A DNA stretch of 63,005 bases, filler included, from Octopus bimaculoides (lineage: Eukaryota): NCBI RefSeq assembly GCF_001194135.2. It is 6 parts of 6 records of this genome, joined end to end, with 100 filler letters (N's around TTAATTAATTAA, not from the genome) between each part and the next. Parts side by side here need not be neighbours in the genome. Positions count along the whole stretch, not along the records: positions 32,103 to 51,734 come from NC_068991.1; 5 more parts are not named here. One strand, 5' to 3'. The position numbers and the translations under genes are program-made. This document shows positions 38,113-51,488 of this stretch, piece by piece. The stretch's first letter is position 1. The number at the start of each line of letters is the position of its first letter. Below the pieces are notes generated by a model. The model was not told where the DNA came from, did not search any database, and saw nothing but the letters and a program-made list of their open reading frames with translations.

Positions 38113-38516
38113 CAGTGCCAATCTCTAACTCTGGAGGGAACCTGTGGTAGAGGTAGACCCAGGAACACATGGGACAAGGTGGTGAAGCATGACCTTAGAA
38201 ATTTGAACCTCACAGAGGCAATGACTAGTGACTGAGACCTTTGGCGATGTGCTCTGCTTAAGAGGACCTGTCAAGTCAAGTGCACCTATGCTGGTGGCAC
38301 GTAAAAAATCAACCTTTGAACATTGGGCCTCACAGAGGCAAAGTGGCTGAGTTCCTTTTGAGCATTGGGCCTCATGGAGGCATAGTGGCTGAGTCATAGA
38401 TGCCAGCATCAAGCACCTAGTCTTTGAGAACTGTAGCTCCAAATGGTAAATGAATTGGACTGTGACGTTCTGATCCAACCCATGCCAACATGAAAAGCAG
38501 ATGTAAAATGATGATG
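38113..38516 (+). mobile_element. RTE LINE 3' end (ORF2 C-terminus + 3' UTR + (ATG)n tail) in IP3K intron
   Basis: Translates QCQSLTLEGTCGRGRPRNTWDKVVKHDLRNLNLTEAMTSD*DLWR. Ends CCAACCCATGCCAACATGAAAAGCAGATGTAAAATGATGATG. Confidence 0.85.
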
Positions 38517-38596
38517 GGGGTGGTAGCAGCGATTTACTTTAAACAGCTTTGATCTTTTGTCATATAACTAAAATTCATTTTATTTTCTCTCTTCAG

Positions 38597-38797
38597 GTTA
38601 TTGGCAGCTCGTTGCTTTTCGTTCACAATAGTTTGGGCAAAACAGGAGTCTGGCTTATCGACTTTGGCAAGACGACACCGCTCCCTAAGAATATTGTGAC
38701 AAATCATCGCAACAAATGGGTCGAAGGCAACCACGAGGATGGCTATTTGTTTGGTTTGGACAACCTGATCTCACTGATGGAAGAACTACTGGTCTAA
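38597..38797 (+). CDS. IP3K: IP3 3-kinase terminal coding exon
   Basis: Acceptor ttttctctcttcag. Translates [30 protein letters not shown]...[26 protein letters not shown], with SSLL, IDFG and EDGYL motifs. Confidence 0.97.
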   Translation, partial: VIGSSLLFVHNSLGKTGVWLIDFGKTTPLPKNIVTNHRNKWVEGNHEDGYLFGLDNLISLMEELLV

Positions 38798-39864
38798 CAG
38801 ATGCTGTTTTTTTTTTTTTTAATGAGCGTGAGAAACATAACACACATGCACTTCCAGTGAAAACTGTCTATATATATATATACTTTTGTTCCTGGTCTAC
38901 CTCCTATCGACTACCTCTTCGTCAATTACTTCTGGGCTTTTCTCACATCTAATTTGGTGTATTCAGTCATAGAACAATGCATTATTTCTTTATTCATGTC
39001 ATTTACATCTTTCTGTTTGTGTTAAGATGTCAAAGTTATAAAACCCAGAGCCTAGAAAATATATGCTGCACATTATAGTCTATGAAACTAGTTTCTGTGC
39101 ATCTTAAAGTGTAGGTAGAACACCTTATTAGCTTTCTCTCTCTCTTTCTCTCGCTCTTTCGGTTGACACCAACATAAAACAAAGTTTGTTTTCTTCTGTT
39201 TATGTACTCCTTTTCTCTAACAAGGTTAGCATCTCTCATTTGATGTATGTTGTACCACTTCATCGCATTTACATTTAGCCATAGACAGTATGTTAAATTT
39301 TCCCATCTTTGCCACAAAGAAACATCTTTAGAGCTGATAAATGTAAATCTTTATCCTTTAACATTTTGCCTCTGTCTTTTAACATGCACTCTTGCACATC
39401 TTCATTGACATATATTCACATTTACTCGCGTACATATTCATAGGTATGTGTTTATCATCATTCTCCTTAATATTTTTAAATCCCTGCATTTTAATTTTAT
39501 CTGAAATGTCATACACTTAGATTGCTATCATAATATAGTTTTCCATCTGCAGTTTCATGAAAATTTAAACATTTAAGCAGCTTGAATCAGGATTATTTCC
39601 GAAGCTAGGATTTATTAAAAAGAAAAAATGTTTTTCTGGATTGTTGTGGCAATTTCTGGAGAAATATTTCTCTAAGTTTTAATATAAGATTTCTCTGAAA
39701 AGAAAATATATTTTAGTCTTTACTGAAATTAACAATTAACTTTATATTTAGTTCTACTTCAAGAATGAATGTATACACATTCTTAATAAGGAATTAATAT
39801 TTTAGTACTTAAACATTTAAGACAATTTAAAATATTTAATTTTCTTGATTTTCAGTTGAATCAA

Positions 39865-39907
<43 letters not shown>

Positions 39908-40318
39908 NNNNNNNNNNNNNNNNNNNNNNNNNNNNNNNNNNNNNNNNNNNNNNNNNNNNNNNNNNNNNNNNNNNNNNNNNNNNNNNNNNNNNNNNNNNNN
40001 NNNNNNNNNNNNNNNNNNNNNNNNNNNNNNNNNNNNNNNNNNNNNNNNNNNNNNNNNNNNNNNNNNNNNNNNNNNNNNNNNNNNNNNNNNNNNNNNNNNN
40101 NNNNNNNNNNNNNNNNNNNNNNNNNNNNNNNNNNNNNNNNNNNNNNNNNNNNNNNNNNNNNNNNNNNNNNNNNNNNNNNNNNNNNNNNNNNNNNNNNNNN
40201 NNNNNNNNNNNNNNNNNNNNNNNNNNNNNNNNNNNNNNNNNNNNNNNNNNNNNNNNNNNNNNNNNNNNNNNNNNNNNNNNNNNNNNNNNNNNNNNNNNNN
40301 NNNNNNNNNNNNNNNNNN

Positions 40319-40368
<50 letters not shown>

Positions 40369-40559
40369 CATAAATGCATATTGTAAATGTATATCTATAG
40401 TGGGCTTTCCTGTTGTGTATGACAGATGAGGGATTTGCAATGTCTTGCTGCACAATCTGCACAAATGACTTGTTTATAGGGATCAACTGTTTGTGCTGTA
40501 CATTAGCTCACACCTTCCATCAAATTGCCTGTACAGGTGCGCAATGTAGTGTGCATAAA

Positions 40560-40690
40560 ATGTTGAAGTGATGGCAGAGCAATGTGAGATGAAGTGTTTT
40601 GCTCAAGAACACAATATACCACACAGTCCAGGAATTGAAACCACAATCTTGCAATCATGAGTGCAACACCCTAACCACTGGGCCACACAC
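40560..40690 (-). mobile_element. tRNA-head SINE fragment (relatives at ~13965-14060 + and ~45640-45770 -)
   Basis: GCAATGTGA.ATGAAGTGTTTTGCTCAA ... GGAATTGAAACC ... CACCCTAACCACTGGGCC. The reverse complement gives a TGGCCCAGTGGTTAGGG A-box and a GGTTTCAATTCC B-box. Confidence 0.7.
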
Positions 40691-42453
40691 ACATTCAATA
40701 TGTACCTTGATCATTGGTTAAGGAAACCATGATTCCAAGAATGTACTCTGTTTCTTATAGATGCAGAGTTGATATTTGTTCTATTAAGCAGGTGATGCCT
40801 TACAATTGTACAATTGTCTAAATATATTCGGGTTTCTCTCTCTCTCTGTATGCGTATATATATATGTGTGTGTGTGTGTATAAGATATAAATGTAGAAAT
40901 TTGCAAACAATTCTACTCATGCTAGCTGGGAAAAGAGATATAATTAAAGCAGTTACAAAAAGAAAAAAAAATGAAAAAAAAGACATATAATGTTTTTTTT
41001 TTGGGGTTAACAAATACATTTTATCTGTTTTACATACAATTAATCTGAATTTTACTTTTGCTTTTTCAAATGCTTTGACAATATCTGTAGTCATTTTGAA
41101 TCCATCATCAATTTCACCCAATATCTTTCTGGCATGTCTCTTTGTTCAGTTAACTACTTATTCATTATTATACAGATATATTTATTTTCCAGTTATTAAT
41201 TCTTCTTCACTATCTTATCAATTTATATAAATTTCTGATAAAAATGCAAATGAAAACCAACTGCAGAGACTTAGAGATTTTTCAGTGGTTTCTCTCTCTC
41301 TCTCTCTTTCATTTTCTATTTTACCAATTTCTAATATCTTCTGTTGGTGCTGTCAAAGAAACGTTCTTATATTGACTTGCATTTTCTCATGAACCACAAT
41401 CTTATAATTAACGTCAGCCTCTCCAGTTGAATCCTGTACCAATTCCAGTTACTTAAGCTGCAATGATTGTTGCTGACTATTCCAGGATTTGTTGTGAAGC
41501 AACATGTTCAACGCTGCAGTTAAGTGCAGCTAATTCTGATTGTAAACCCTTCTCTTTCTTCCTCTCTCTAAAACGTGTTTCTGAGATGAGATATCTTAGA
41601 TTATATTCATTTCACTCTATCACTGTCTCGCTCATATTTGCACATAAAACACAATTTACTACGAATGTATATATGGTTTTAAATTATTTCATTCGAACTT
41701 GTTTTGAATCTAAAGAGTTACTGCTAAATGACTCCCTAAATATCTGTGATGGAGAAAATAGGGACAAGCTGTTTTTTTTTAATTTATTTTTTTTATTCTA
41801 TCTATTAGGAAGCTAACTTGTCTGTGATGTTCCTATTTTTATCTCCACCTTATCAAGGTGATGACAAACTGTGACAACAGTTTTGAAGATCGGCATGGAG
41901 GAATGATCATTTCAGTATATTCCACAGAATTTTCTCTGCTCCCTACTACTACAACTACTCTTTCACTCCCATTCAGCCTCATGTTCAGATTGTCACATTT
42001 AACATTCCAAATATTGCATCCCAAATCGTTTTTGTACTTTATTTGTTGCTGTGTGTGTGTTTCACCGCATTGTGTATAAGAGCACAAGAAACAGCAATTT
42101 GATGATGTAAGTATGTGTTTCCAATTTTTGTTGATGTAAATGTTTAAACACGACACATACCATTACATACATCCCTATACTCTCCATCTTCAAAGGCAGT
42201 GTTTGATTATTACTTATCCTTACCGTCTTCATAATAATTCGCATCATACTGCACTCAAATATGCACACCCATACAAGCATACACGGGCATGCATTAGAAA
42301 CGTTCAGTGTGTCCTTATTATGAGAAAAAAAGATTATGTTGAGCTTAAGACTTCCTATTTAAAACTGTTGAAAAAAGGAGATAAGAAGATTTTCGATTAG
42401 CTTTATCCTGCAAAATATTAGTTACTACTTTAGAAAGCTCTTATTATATGTAA

Positions 42454-42492
<39 letters not shown>

Positions 42493-43244
42493 CATACATA
42501 TATATATCTATGCATACATGTGAGATTTTCCATATGTTATATCACTACAATTTTATCAAGATTGTCATTTAATTGTATTTTAGACTTGTATATTACTTGA
42601 TTTAGTTGCTCAGTCTTTTTCTCATACCAGCTGCACTACTACCACCCTCTTCGACCAGATGCTCTGCTGGCTGCAGTTGCAAGCGGTAACCCTGTAACCC
42701 TGTGTCTTCATGAAACTGAAAAGCCCACCACTTTGGTGATCTAACCACATGGTCTGGTATATGAGAGATCTCGGTGGAATATCAATGGTATATAGTAATT
42801 GGGTGGCTTTCTTATCACATGTCCTAACCATTTCAGTCTCATTCTCCTTATTACTTTGATAAGACTAACTACCACATTTCAAATACTTCTAGTTTTTGTC
42901 CATCTTCAGATTTTAGGGTCCATGTTTTTGAGATGTAGGTTGCAAGCGTGAGAATATGGGCATTGTATAGTGTAACTGTGAATCAATAGTTGATATGCTA
43001 GCAATGCAATGACTATGAAGTTAAGGTATAAGTCACATGTTTAGGTTTAGTTACAATTCTTTAGTTTAAATCTGAGTTCAAATCCAGCCAAGCTCAACTT
43101 TGCTTTTAATCCCTCCAAATTTCTGGTCTTGTATCTATATTAGAAACAATTAAAATTACAACTATTAATTGGCTTTATTAATTAGCAGGAATGTTGTCTT
43201 GAGGTTAGGTGGCAACAAGTCTCTTTAAAACTCATGAACCCTTC

Positions 43245-43700
43245 TTAGGATTCTTGCAGAATATAGGATGGTATTTTTCTGCAGGTCAACAATGTAAATC
43301 TCCATTCCAATTCCTTCAGCCTCTTAGGTAGCATTTTGGATGTCAGGCTGAGGGCACCAGTTACCACAGGAACAATTGTCTTCTTCCACAATTTCTTCAT
43401 CTCTCTGACTAGGTCCTGATATTTACCAATTATTTTCATTTCTCTAGTATCCTCTCTGTTATCATACAGAATATAAATTCTTTCTTATTTTTTATTGTCG
43501 TCATTGTTATGGCTGTCCTTATTTAGCAAAGGTAGAGATTTGAATTGGATCTTGTTCTGTTCTTCATTGTTCTGCATTCGAAGTTATGCCAGATTGAACC
43601 CTTGCCGTTTATCTAGGGATTATGACCTTCTTCCCCACTCCTTATGGAATCAGCTTGGCTTTGTGCCTCACTCAACTCTTCACTGTATGGTTGGTTATGT
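43245..43700 (-). mobile_element. R4/Dong-type non-LTR retrotransposon, REL-endonuclease C-terminal remnant
   Basis: KIIGKYQDLVREMKKLWKKTIVPVVTGAL resembles KI.KYQDL.REI..LW...VVP.V.GALG. Upstream SIWHNFECRT resembles ILWDF.IQTD. Several stops and frameshifts. Confidence 0.75.
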
Positions 43701-44827
43701 ACATACCAAAATGGCGATGCTTTTAACTAGTGTCGCATCACCATCACCAAATTACCTGTAAATATTAATTTAAAACGTTTTCAACAGTTTTTTTTTTATT
43801 TTTGTTTTTTTGAAGACAGAGCCGGCAACATAATTGTTTTTGTACGATAAGGAAACAAAAAATATATATATAATTAATTAATCATGTGTTAATTGTATGA
43901 AATTCATTCCCTGGACAGTTATGGATTGTATGTGTCTCTTGCATCTAATTTAAGACATCTGATTTTTTTTTTTTTTTTTTTTTTTGCAACCATGATCTTT
44001 CTTTTGTAAGTTGTTCTTGTTAATGTTTCTGTTGGTGTCACTGCTGCTGTTACCGCTACTACTTCTAATCTTCCTTGTAAAAATTAGCCTTATACAAACA
44101 TCTCCAGCAACAATTTTTCCAACAAGTTAATCGTTGCAAAAGCAAATGTGTGTTATACTAACTTAATTTTTCAAAAATGATTGTTTGTTTTGTTATCTAC
44201 ATTTTTTTTTTTTTTTTTTAACATTTCTTTATTGTGTGCGTATTGTGTGGTTATGATGTATTTAAGCATCAAAATCCATTCATCCAACGACAGAAATTTG
44301 GTTAAACACTATTCTGTATGTGTTACAAAAATAAAATTTTTAATAAAAAAAATACTATAAAACTAATAAATAAAAAATAAAAAAATAAACATAATCTTTG
44401 TTTTTACATTTTTGGTTTGGTTTGGTTTTGGTTTTGATTTTCAATGTTTTATTTAACTTACTGCATGAACATGCACAGATGAGATTGATAGGTTATCAGA
44501 TTACCACCAACAAACATTCAGCTGAAATGACAACACCTTTTCTCTTTATCTCTGTCTGTCCGCCTATCTCCTCCCCCCCCCCACCTCTCTGTCTCTCCTC
44601 TCTCTTAAACAAAGGGTAAGAGATGGAAATATTAGGTACTTCACTCTTCGTGGCAGTTGAACCTGTTGACCTCTCGTCTCAGTCAACCAACAAAGAGGTC
44701 AGAGAGATTTGTTGCAGAAATCGCCTGCGAGCTAGTGAAAAATCATAGTGGGACAGAACAAAGAGGTAAAATAATACAACAACCACCCAAAGTTGGAGCT
44801 TAGAACATTTGCTAAACATTTTAAAAA

Positions 44828-44985
44828 CTTTTAGCATTTAAACCAGCCTTACCAGGCTGAACTTAGTCTACCTGTTTTTTTATGTTCAAACTGGTCAGAT
44901 CCAGCCTCTGACATCCAATCTACAATCTCATTCTGAAAATAAACAATCACATCGTCTAAATCTCAAAGCTACAAGATAATGCATG
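44828..44985. mobile_element. Partial second copy of the piggyBac-like MITE
   Basis: Shares TTTAGCATTTAAACC and TCATTCT.AAAATAAACAATCACATC with the reverse complement of 21080-21194. It ends where an RTE-type repeat begins. Confidence 0.65.
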
Positions 44986-44994
44986 ATTGAGCAA

Positions 44995-45431
44995 CGTCCG
45001 AGTGTGATCGTTGCCAGAGCACCAGCTGTCTGTCTTCTGTGCCCGGGGCACATAAATAGCACCATTTGAGCATGATCATTACCAACGTCGCCCTCCTGGC
45101 ACTTGTGCCAGTGGCATGTGAAAAGACATTCGAGTGAGTTCATTGCCAGTACCGCTAGACTGGCTCCTGTGCAGGTGGCACGTAAAATACACCATTTCGA
45201 GTGTGGCCATTGCCGTTGCCAGTACCTCCTGACTGGCCTTCGTGCTGGTGGCACGTAAAAGCACCCACTACACTCTCGGAGTGGTTGGCGTTAGGAAGGA
45301 CATCCAGCTGTATAAACTCTGCCAAATCAGATTGGAACCTGGTGTCGCCATCTGGTTTCACCAGTCCTCAGTCAAATTGTCCAACCCATGCTAGCATGGA
45401 AAGCGGACGTTAAACGATGATGATGATGATT
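44995..45431 (+). mobile_element. Second copy of the RTE-type 3' UTR repeat
   Basis: Nearly identical 3' part and (GAT)n tail to 23960-24150. The upstream subrepeats are more diverged. Confidence 0.85.
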
Positions 45432-46159
45432 AATTCAAAACAATGTGAGTAGCCTGAATGATAAAGGATTAAAATGCATTGTCATCAGCGTGACTGACCT
45501 TAGTCTGTCGTGAGCTCTAGGGCTGATAAGGTTGAAAGGTTAACCTGGTTTCCAAGGTGTGTAGGTGACTGAGATAACAACACTCACACCCTAATCAGGA
45601 TGCTGGCCCCTTTCTGGGATTAACTTTCCAACTATTGCAGGGTTACTCATTCACAGCTGAGTGGTCTGGAACAATGTGAAATGAAGTGTTTTGCTCAATA
45701 TCACTATGCACCGCACTCTCCAAGGATTGAAACTATGAACTTACAAACGTGAGTGTAACCAGTGACCATTAACTTTTATCTTTTTTACTTGTTTAAGTCA
45801 TTAGACTACGGCCAGGCTGGGGCAATGCTTTAAACAATTTTAGTTAAATCAATCACAGTACTTATTATTTTTTTGTAAAGCCTGATACTTCTATTGGCCC
45901 TTTTTTTTCCACACTGCTAAGTTATGGGGATGTAAACGTCCCAACATTGGTTGTCAAGTGGTGCTGGGACACACACATATGTACATATATCTAAAAAGGA
46001 GCACCCCGTCGGTTACAACAATGAGGGTCCCAGCTGATATGATCAACAGAACAGCTTGCTTGTGAAATTAGCATGCAAGTGGTGAAGTACTCCACACAGA
46101 CACATGTACCCTTAACATAGTTCTCAGGGAAATTAGAATGGTGCAAGAAAGAATTGTAA

Positions 46160-46380
46160 GACAGAATTTTGAAGCTGAGCCAACTGGCAGGAGACCTTGG
46201 GGTAAAACCAAGAACAATGGATGATATCCATGGTCTTAGTTGGGCACGCTCAGAAATCCAGGTGGAAAGTCTAATGATGACTGCTTCTGATAGGACCCTA
46301 CAGAGGAGTGCCTGAGGACTCTACTGCCACAGCTGTTCCAGGAATAGTGGACAGAGATGGACGAAAGGATGGATGGATCT
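46160..46380 (+). mobile_element. Degenerate RTE-type ORF2 C-terminus with (GGAT)n tail
   Basis: Translates FEAEPTGRRPWGKPRT.MDDIHGLSW...ASDRTL, matching the G.R..GRP..W...DR..W pattern. Confidence 0.65.
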
Positions 46381-46789
46381 GTGAGAGATTTTGGTTTCAA
46401 AGTTTAGAGCAAGGCTAGCAACTTCACGGAGTGTGAAGTCGATTATAACGTCCCCAGTACTCAACTGGTACTTATTTTATTGATCCCAAAAGTATGAAAG
46501 GCAAAGTTGACCTCAGTGTAATTTGAACTCAGAGCATAAAGATGAATGAAACGCCATTAAACATTTTGGCTGGCATGCTAACAATTCTAACACCTTGCAT
46601 GTCCGTAAGATTTATTATCATCTCTGGATAAATATTGTCGTTAATTTTGCCTTTTTTGAAAGATGGTTGCATTGTGATACCCGGATGGTTGTAATATGCT
46701 TGTTTATGGGCAAAATAATTCATTCCACTTTACAAGCATTTTGTACAATGAAGTAGATTAACCAGATCAGTGTAGCATAACACCTGTAG

Positions 46790-46838
<49 letters not shown>

Positions 46839-47155
46839 GAATATTTCCATCAATTATTTCTCTTCTATACAATCAACTCTTCTATGATTTACTCCACTAA
46901 TTTATTCCTATTTTAACCTGTTTCTACAATGACTAGCTCTCTCCCTCACTCTTTTTCTGTTTCTTTCTTGTCTTCTCGCTCTCTCTCTCCCCCCTCCCTC
47001 CCTGTCCCCTCTCTCACTTTCTACACACATACACATTCACAAACACTTGCATATATATTATACATACANNNNNNNNNNNNNNNNNNNNNNNNNNNNNNNN
47101 NNNNNNNNNNNNNNNNNNNNNNNNNNNNNNNNNNNNNNNNNNNNNNNNNNNNNNN

Positions 47156-47189
<34 letters not shown>

Positions 47190-48434
47190 GTAGATGTCAA
47201 CCTCCTACCAATCCTCGTTTTGTTCTTTATGATTGAGACCTATTTCCCTCTACTACAGTTCTCTCTCTCACTCTTTCTTTCTCTCTTGCCCCCTTCCTCC
47301 ACCTGCTCCCACTCTTCACCCTACTCCCTCAACTTTTGCAAATCAACCCCAATCATGAACCCCCCCCACCCTCTTTTTTTTTTCACCCTTCTTCCTGTCC
47401 AATCTATCAACCGCCCCCACAATTCTGATGTCTCTCAATAACTCACGTGTCTCCCTGTTAAATAGACAGCTCCAGCTCTGTGACACTTCAAATGTCACAG
47501 CTGTCACTGACATTCAGCAATTTCCTCTAAGAGTACATGTTGCAGATAAGAGAGAAAGGGAGGGAGAGAAAGAGAGAAAGAGAGGTGGGAGAGAACACAG
47601 GATCAAATAGTATTGAAAACTGTCAATTCATAGACCTTGATTTCAAATCGTCTGCAAGTATCAAAATAATAATGATAATGTCCAGATGCAGTACCAGGCA
47701 GTGGCTCTCATGGCTTCTGATCTTAATTGATTGGAAGTACTATCATGTACATTTTTTGTCTTGGTATAAAAGATGGGCTACAGCAAATATTCTGCTCAAT
47801 ACCACAGATTTGCTTGTCAGTTGTTTGACCTTAACCAGTTGAGCATGTCCCTTGGTGTCTGACGATATGTGCATCTCTGATCACAAGCAGAAGTAGTGGG
47901 GGAGCATCATAGCCATGTGTTGAGAGGAATTCTTTGGGGTTTGAAGAATTCACCTTTGGAAACATGGGTGTTTTGCTCAACATCNNNNNNNNNNNNNNNN
48001 NNNNNNNNNNNNNNNNNNNNNNNNNNNNNNNNNNNNNNNNNNNNNNNNNNNNNNNNNNNNNNNNNNNNNNNNNNNNNNNNNNNNNNNNNNNNNNNNNNNN
48101 NNNNNNNNNNNNNNNNNNNNNNNNNNNNNNNNNNNNNNNNNNNNNNNNNNNNNNNNNNNNNNNNNNNNNNNNNNNNNNNNNNNNNNNNNNNNNNNNNNNN
48201 NNNNNNNNNNNNNNNNNNNNNNNNNNNNNNNNNNNNNNNNNNNNNNNNNNNNNNNNNNNNNNNNNNNNNNNNNNNNNNNNNNNNNNNNNNNNNNNNNNNN
48301 NNNNNNNNNNNNNNNNNNNNTTGTGATGCATGTACCTGGTGTACCCTTATCAGACAGGTAGTCATGATGGGTATACTGGGCTTCGTATATTTTACCCCAG
48401 TGTCACTTTGATGGCATGCACTGCTCTCTCATTC

Positions 48435-48473
<39 letters not shown>

Positions 48474-48477
48474 CCTT

Positions 48478-48860
48478 TTTACTATAGGCACAAGGCCTGA
48501 AATTTGTTTTTGGTGGGGGGGTAGTCAATTACATCGACCCCAGTACTCGACTGGTACTTAATTTATCGACTCCTAAAGGATGGAAGGCAAAGTTGACCTC
48601 GGTGGAATTTGAACTCAGAATGTCAAAGCAAACGAAATGTTGCAAAGAATTTTGCCTGGTGTGCTAATGATTCTGCCAGCACGTCACCTTAATAATGGTA
48701 ATAATAATAATAATCCTTTCTACTATAGGCACAAGGATTGGAATTTGAGGGGAGGGGTATATTTGATTACCTCAACCCCAGTACTTGACTGGTTCTTAAT
48801 TTATCGACCCCAAAAGGATGAAAGGCAAAGTCGACCTTGGCGGAATTTGAATTCAGACCA
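48478..48860 (-). mobile_element. Two tandem inverted SINE family B copies with (AAT)n tails (other - copies at ~19760-19905, ~46420-46580)
   Basis: Reverse complements match the family B core. Each begins TAATAATAATCCTTT.TACTATAGGCACAAGG. Confidence 0.8.
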
Positions 48861-49180
48861 TACCAAACCAGAACAATTACCACAAGGTACCCCATCTGAT
48901 GTCTTAAAAATTACTACTAGTCCACTACGCTGGACTGGCACATTATTTATCAACCTCTAAAAGGAACCGACTTCCAAGTAGGACCTCCCATACTGGACAA
49001 GTCAAAGGATAGACTCCAGACTAATATGGACCACCTCTTCCTGGAGGTAGAAATAGGTTTGCATGGGACCATCCCGAAATAAAAGCAAAAGTTACAGAAA
49101 GCATCAATGACACTTCAAAGCCAACAGGGATTGGAGGAGGAAGACTTTCCTTTCGGGAAAACATCATGGGACATCAAGAC
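48860..49180 (+). mobile_element. Possible highly degraded LINE ORF2 C-terminus
   Basis: PSDVLKITTSPLRWTG followed by frameshifted W/GRP-like segments. Weak. Confidence 0.35.
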
Positions 49181-51222
49181 ATATGAAACAGAGCAGAGAA
49201 ACAGATATATGAAACAGAAAAGTAAGACAGCATTAATCATGGGTTAATTTTGGTTTTACAGCCCTTAATTGCCATAATGCAGATCAGTGCTTTAAGGATA
49301 TTTATTTCTAAGGTTTTACGGATTATTAAAAAAAAACGGATTTTATGGCAAGGTAGATAACTCTATTTGTAGATGGGTTAAGGGAAATAATTCTTTCAAA
49401 TATTTCGTAGTTTTTATCAAGGCTTCGGACTTTTGACAGTATCGTGGAAGATCGTTTTAGCCATGACTAAAACTAATATTGTTATATTTCGGGATGGTCA
49501 TTTTTGTTTTCCTTGCGTATGTTTATTTGGAAAAAATAAAAAATGGCCACCCCGAAATATAACAATATCTGTTTCAACTCATGATTTCACATCAGGAATC
49601 TTGTAAGACAAATAAATATATTAACGTGAAGACTAATATATTCTTTCTATTTCAGATAATACAAAAATAACCTAATGAGTATATCTGACAGTAAACTCAT
49701 GGTATCAGTTTGCACATCACGAAATAATACTTAAAGGATATAACCGAAATTTCCAGCAGGGTATATAATATACTTCGTTAATTATATCCTACTTTAGTTA
49801 ATACTTATATTTATTAAACATGAAGGAACTACACGTGTTTCAGTATTGGAAGATTACAATATATATATGTACATATACACAACTGTATACCTATATATAT
49901 ATACATATATAAATACATANNNNNNNNNNNNNNNNNNNNNNNNNNNNNNNNNNNNNNNNNNNNNNNNNNNNNNNNNNNNNNNNNNNNNNNNNNNNNNNNN
50001 NNNNNNNNNNNNNNNNNNNNNNNNNNNNNNNNNNNNNNNNNNNNNNNNNNNNNNNNNNNNNNNNNNNNNNNNNNNNNNNNNNNNNNNNNNNNNNNNNNNN
50101 NNNNNNNNNNNNNNNNNNNNNNNNNNNNNNNNNNNNNNNNNNNNNNNNNNNNNNNNNNNNNNNNNNNNNNNNNNNNNNNNNNNNNNNNNNNNNNNNNNNN
50201 NNNNNNNNNNNNNNNNNNNNNNNNNNNNNNNNNNNNNNNNNNNNNNNNNNNNNNNNNNNNNNNNNNNNNNNNNNNNNNNNNNNNNNNNNNNNNNNNNNNN
50301 NNNNNNNNNNNNNNNNNNNNNNNNNNNNNNNNNNNNNNNNNNNNNNNNNNNNNNNNNNNNNNNNNNNNNNNNNNNNNNNNNNNNNNNNNNNNNNNNNNNN
50401 NNNNNNNNNNNNNNNNNNNNNNNNNNNNNNNNNNNNNNNNNNNNNNNNNNNNNNNNNNNNNNNNNNNNNNNNNNNNNNNNNNNNNNNNNNNNNNNNNNNN
50501 NNNNNNNNNNNNNNNNNNNNNNNNNNNNNNNNNNNNNNNNNNNNNNNNNNNNNNNNNNNNNNNNNNNNNNNNNNNNNNNNNNNNNNNNNNNNNNNNNNNN
50601 NNNNNNNNNNNNNNNNNNNNNNNNNNNNNNNNNNNNNNNNNNNNNNNNNNNNNNNNNNNNNNNNNNNNNNNNNNNNNNNNNNNNNNNNNNNNNNNNNNNN
50701 NNNNNNNNNNNNNNNNNNNNNNNNNNNNNNNNNNNNNNNNNNNNNNNNNNNNNNNNNNNNNNNNNNNNNNNNNNNNNNNNNNNNNNNNNNNNNNNNNNNN
50801 NNTCAAATGACGGAAACAAGTAAAAGAATAAAAGAATATATATATATATATACAGTAAGAGAGCATACAAAAGTCAAGGATTGTCTCCCTTAGATCACTA
50901 TCCGGAATCCACGCAGTTAGCTTGCCGGTCCCAAGATTTCAGTTGGAATTGCTTGATGTAAGTAGGATCCGAAGACTTACCGTCTTGGAATTTAAGATGT
51001 TCCCCGGGTCGAGGGAGTTGTTTAATATTAGTCGACCCGGGTTAATAGGAGACGTGCAGTGGTTTTGAACGCAAAAGCACGTTTGCTGCAAAGCAATCGT
51101 CTTAGTTACACAGCCATGTCTGCGCCTGTCTTAATACGTATTTTTTCTGTTTTAAATTTTCTCTTTTTCTTTTACAACTCTTTCTCTTATATGTATGCGC
51201 GTGTGTATTAAAAGTATATTGT

Positions 51223-51268
<46 letters not shown>

Positions 51269-51275
51269 GTAATCA

Positions 51276-51488
51276 GGTACTACTAAAGCAGAGTGGTCCC
51301 GAACGCGCGTTCGCGCTAGCTAGTCGTGAGTGGTCGATCCTACAAAAAGTGCGCGTGTGCAAATGAATACGTGGTTAGGGTTAGGGATAGGGTTAGAGTT
51401 AGGGTTGGGGATGGGGTTAGAGTTAGGGTTAGGATCGACCACTCACGACTAGCTAGCGCGTTCGAGACCACTATGCTTTAGTAGTACC
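51276..51488. mobile_element. Foldback MITE with long TIRs, 9-bp TSD and telomere-like core (MULE-like)
   Basis: TIRs of ~60 bp starting GGTACTACTAAAGCA.AGTGGTC.CGAACGCG...CTAGCTAGTCGTGAGTGGTCGATCCTA, an exact TSD AAGTAATCA (51267-51275 and 51489-51497), and an internal degenerate (TTAGGG)n. Confidence 0.9.

Noticed and set aside
9733-48860. tRNA genes
   Set aside because: A/B-box segments lack cloverleaf structure and continue into SINE bodies.
49826-49850. GAAAC-ACGT-GTA half-hammerhead on the minus strand
   Set aside because: The CUGANGA half is absent (truncated by a TA tract), so it cannot be called.
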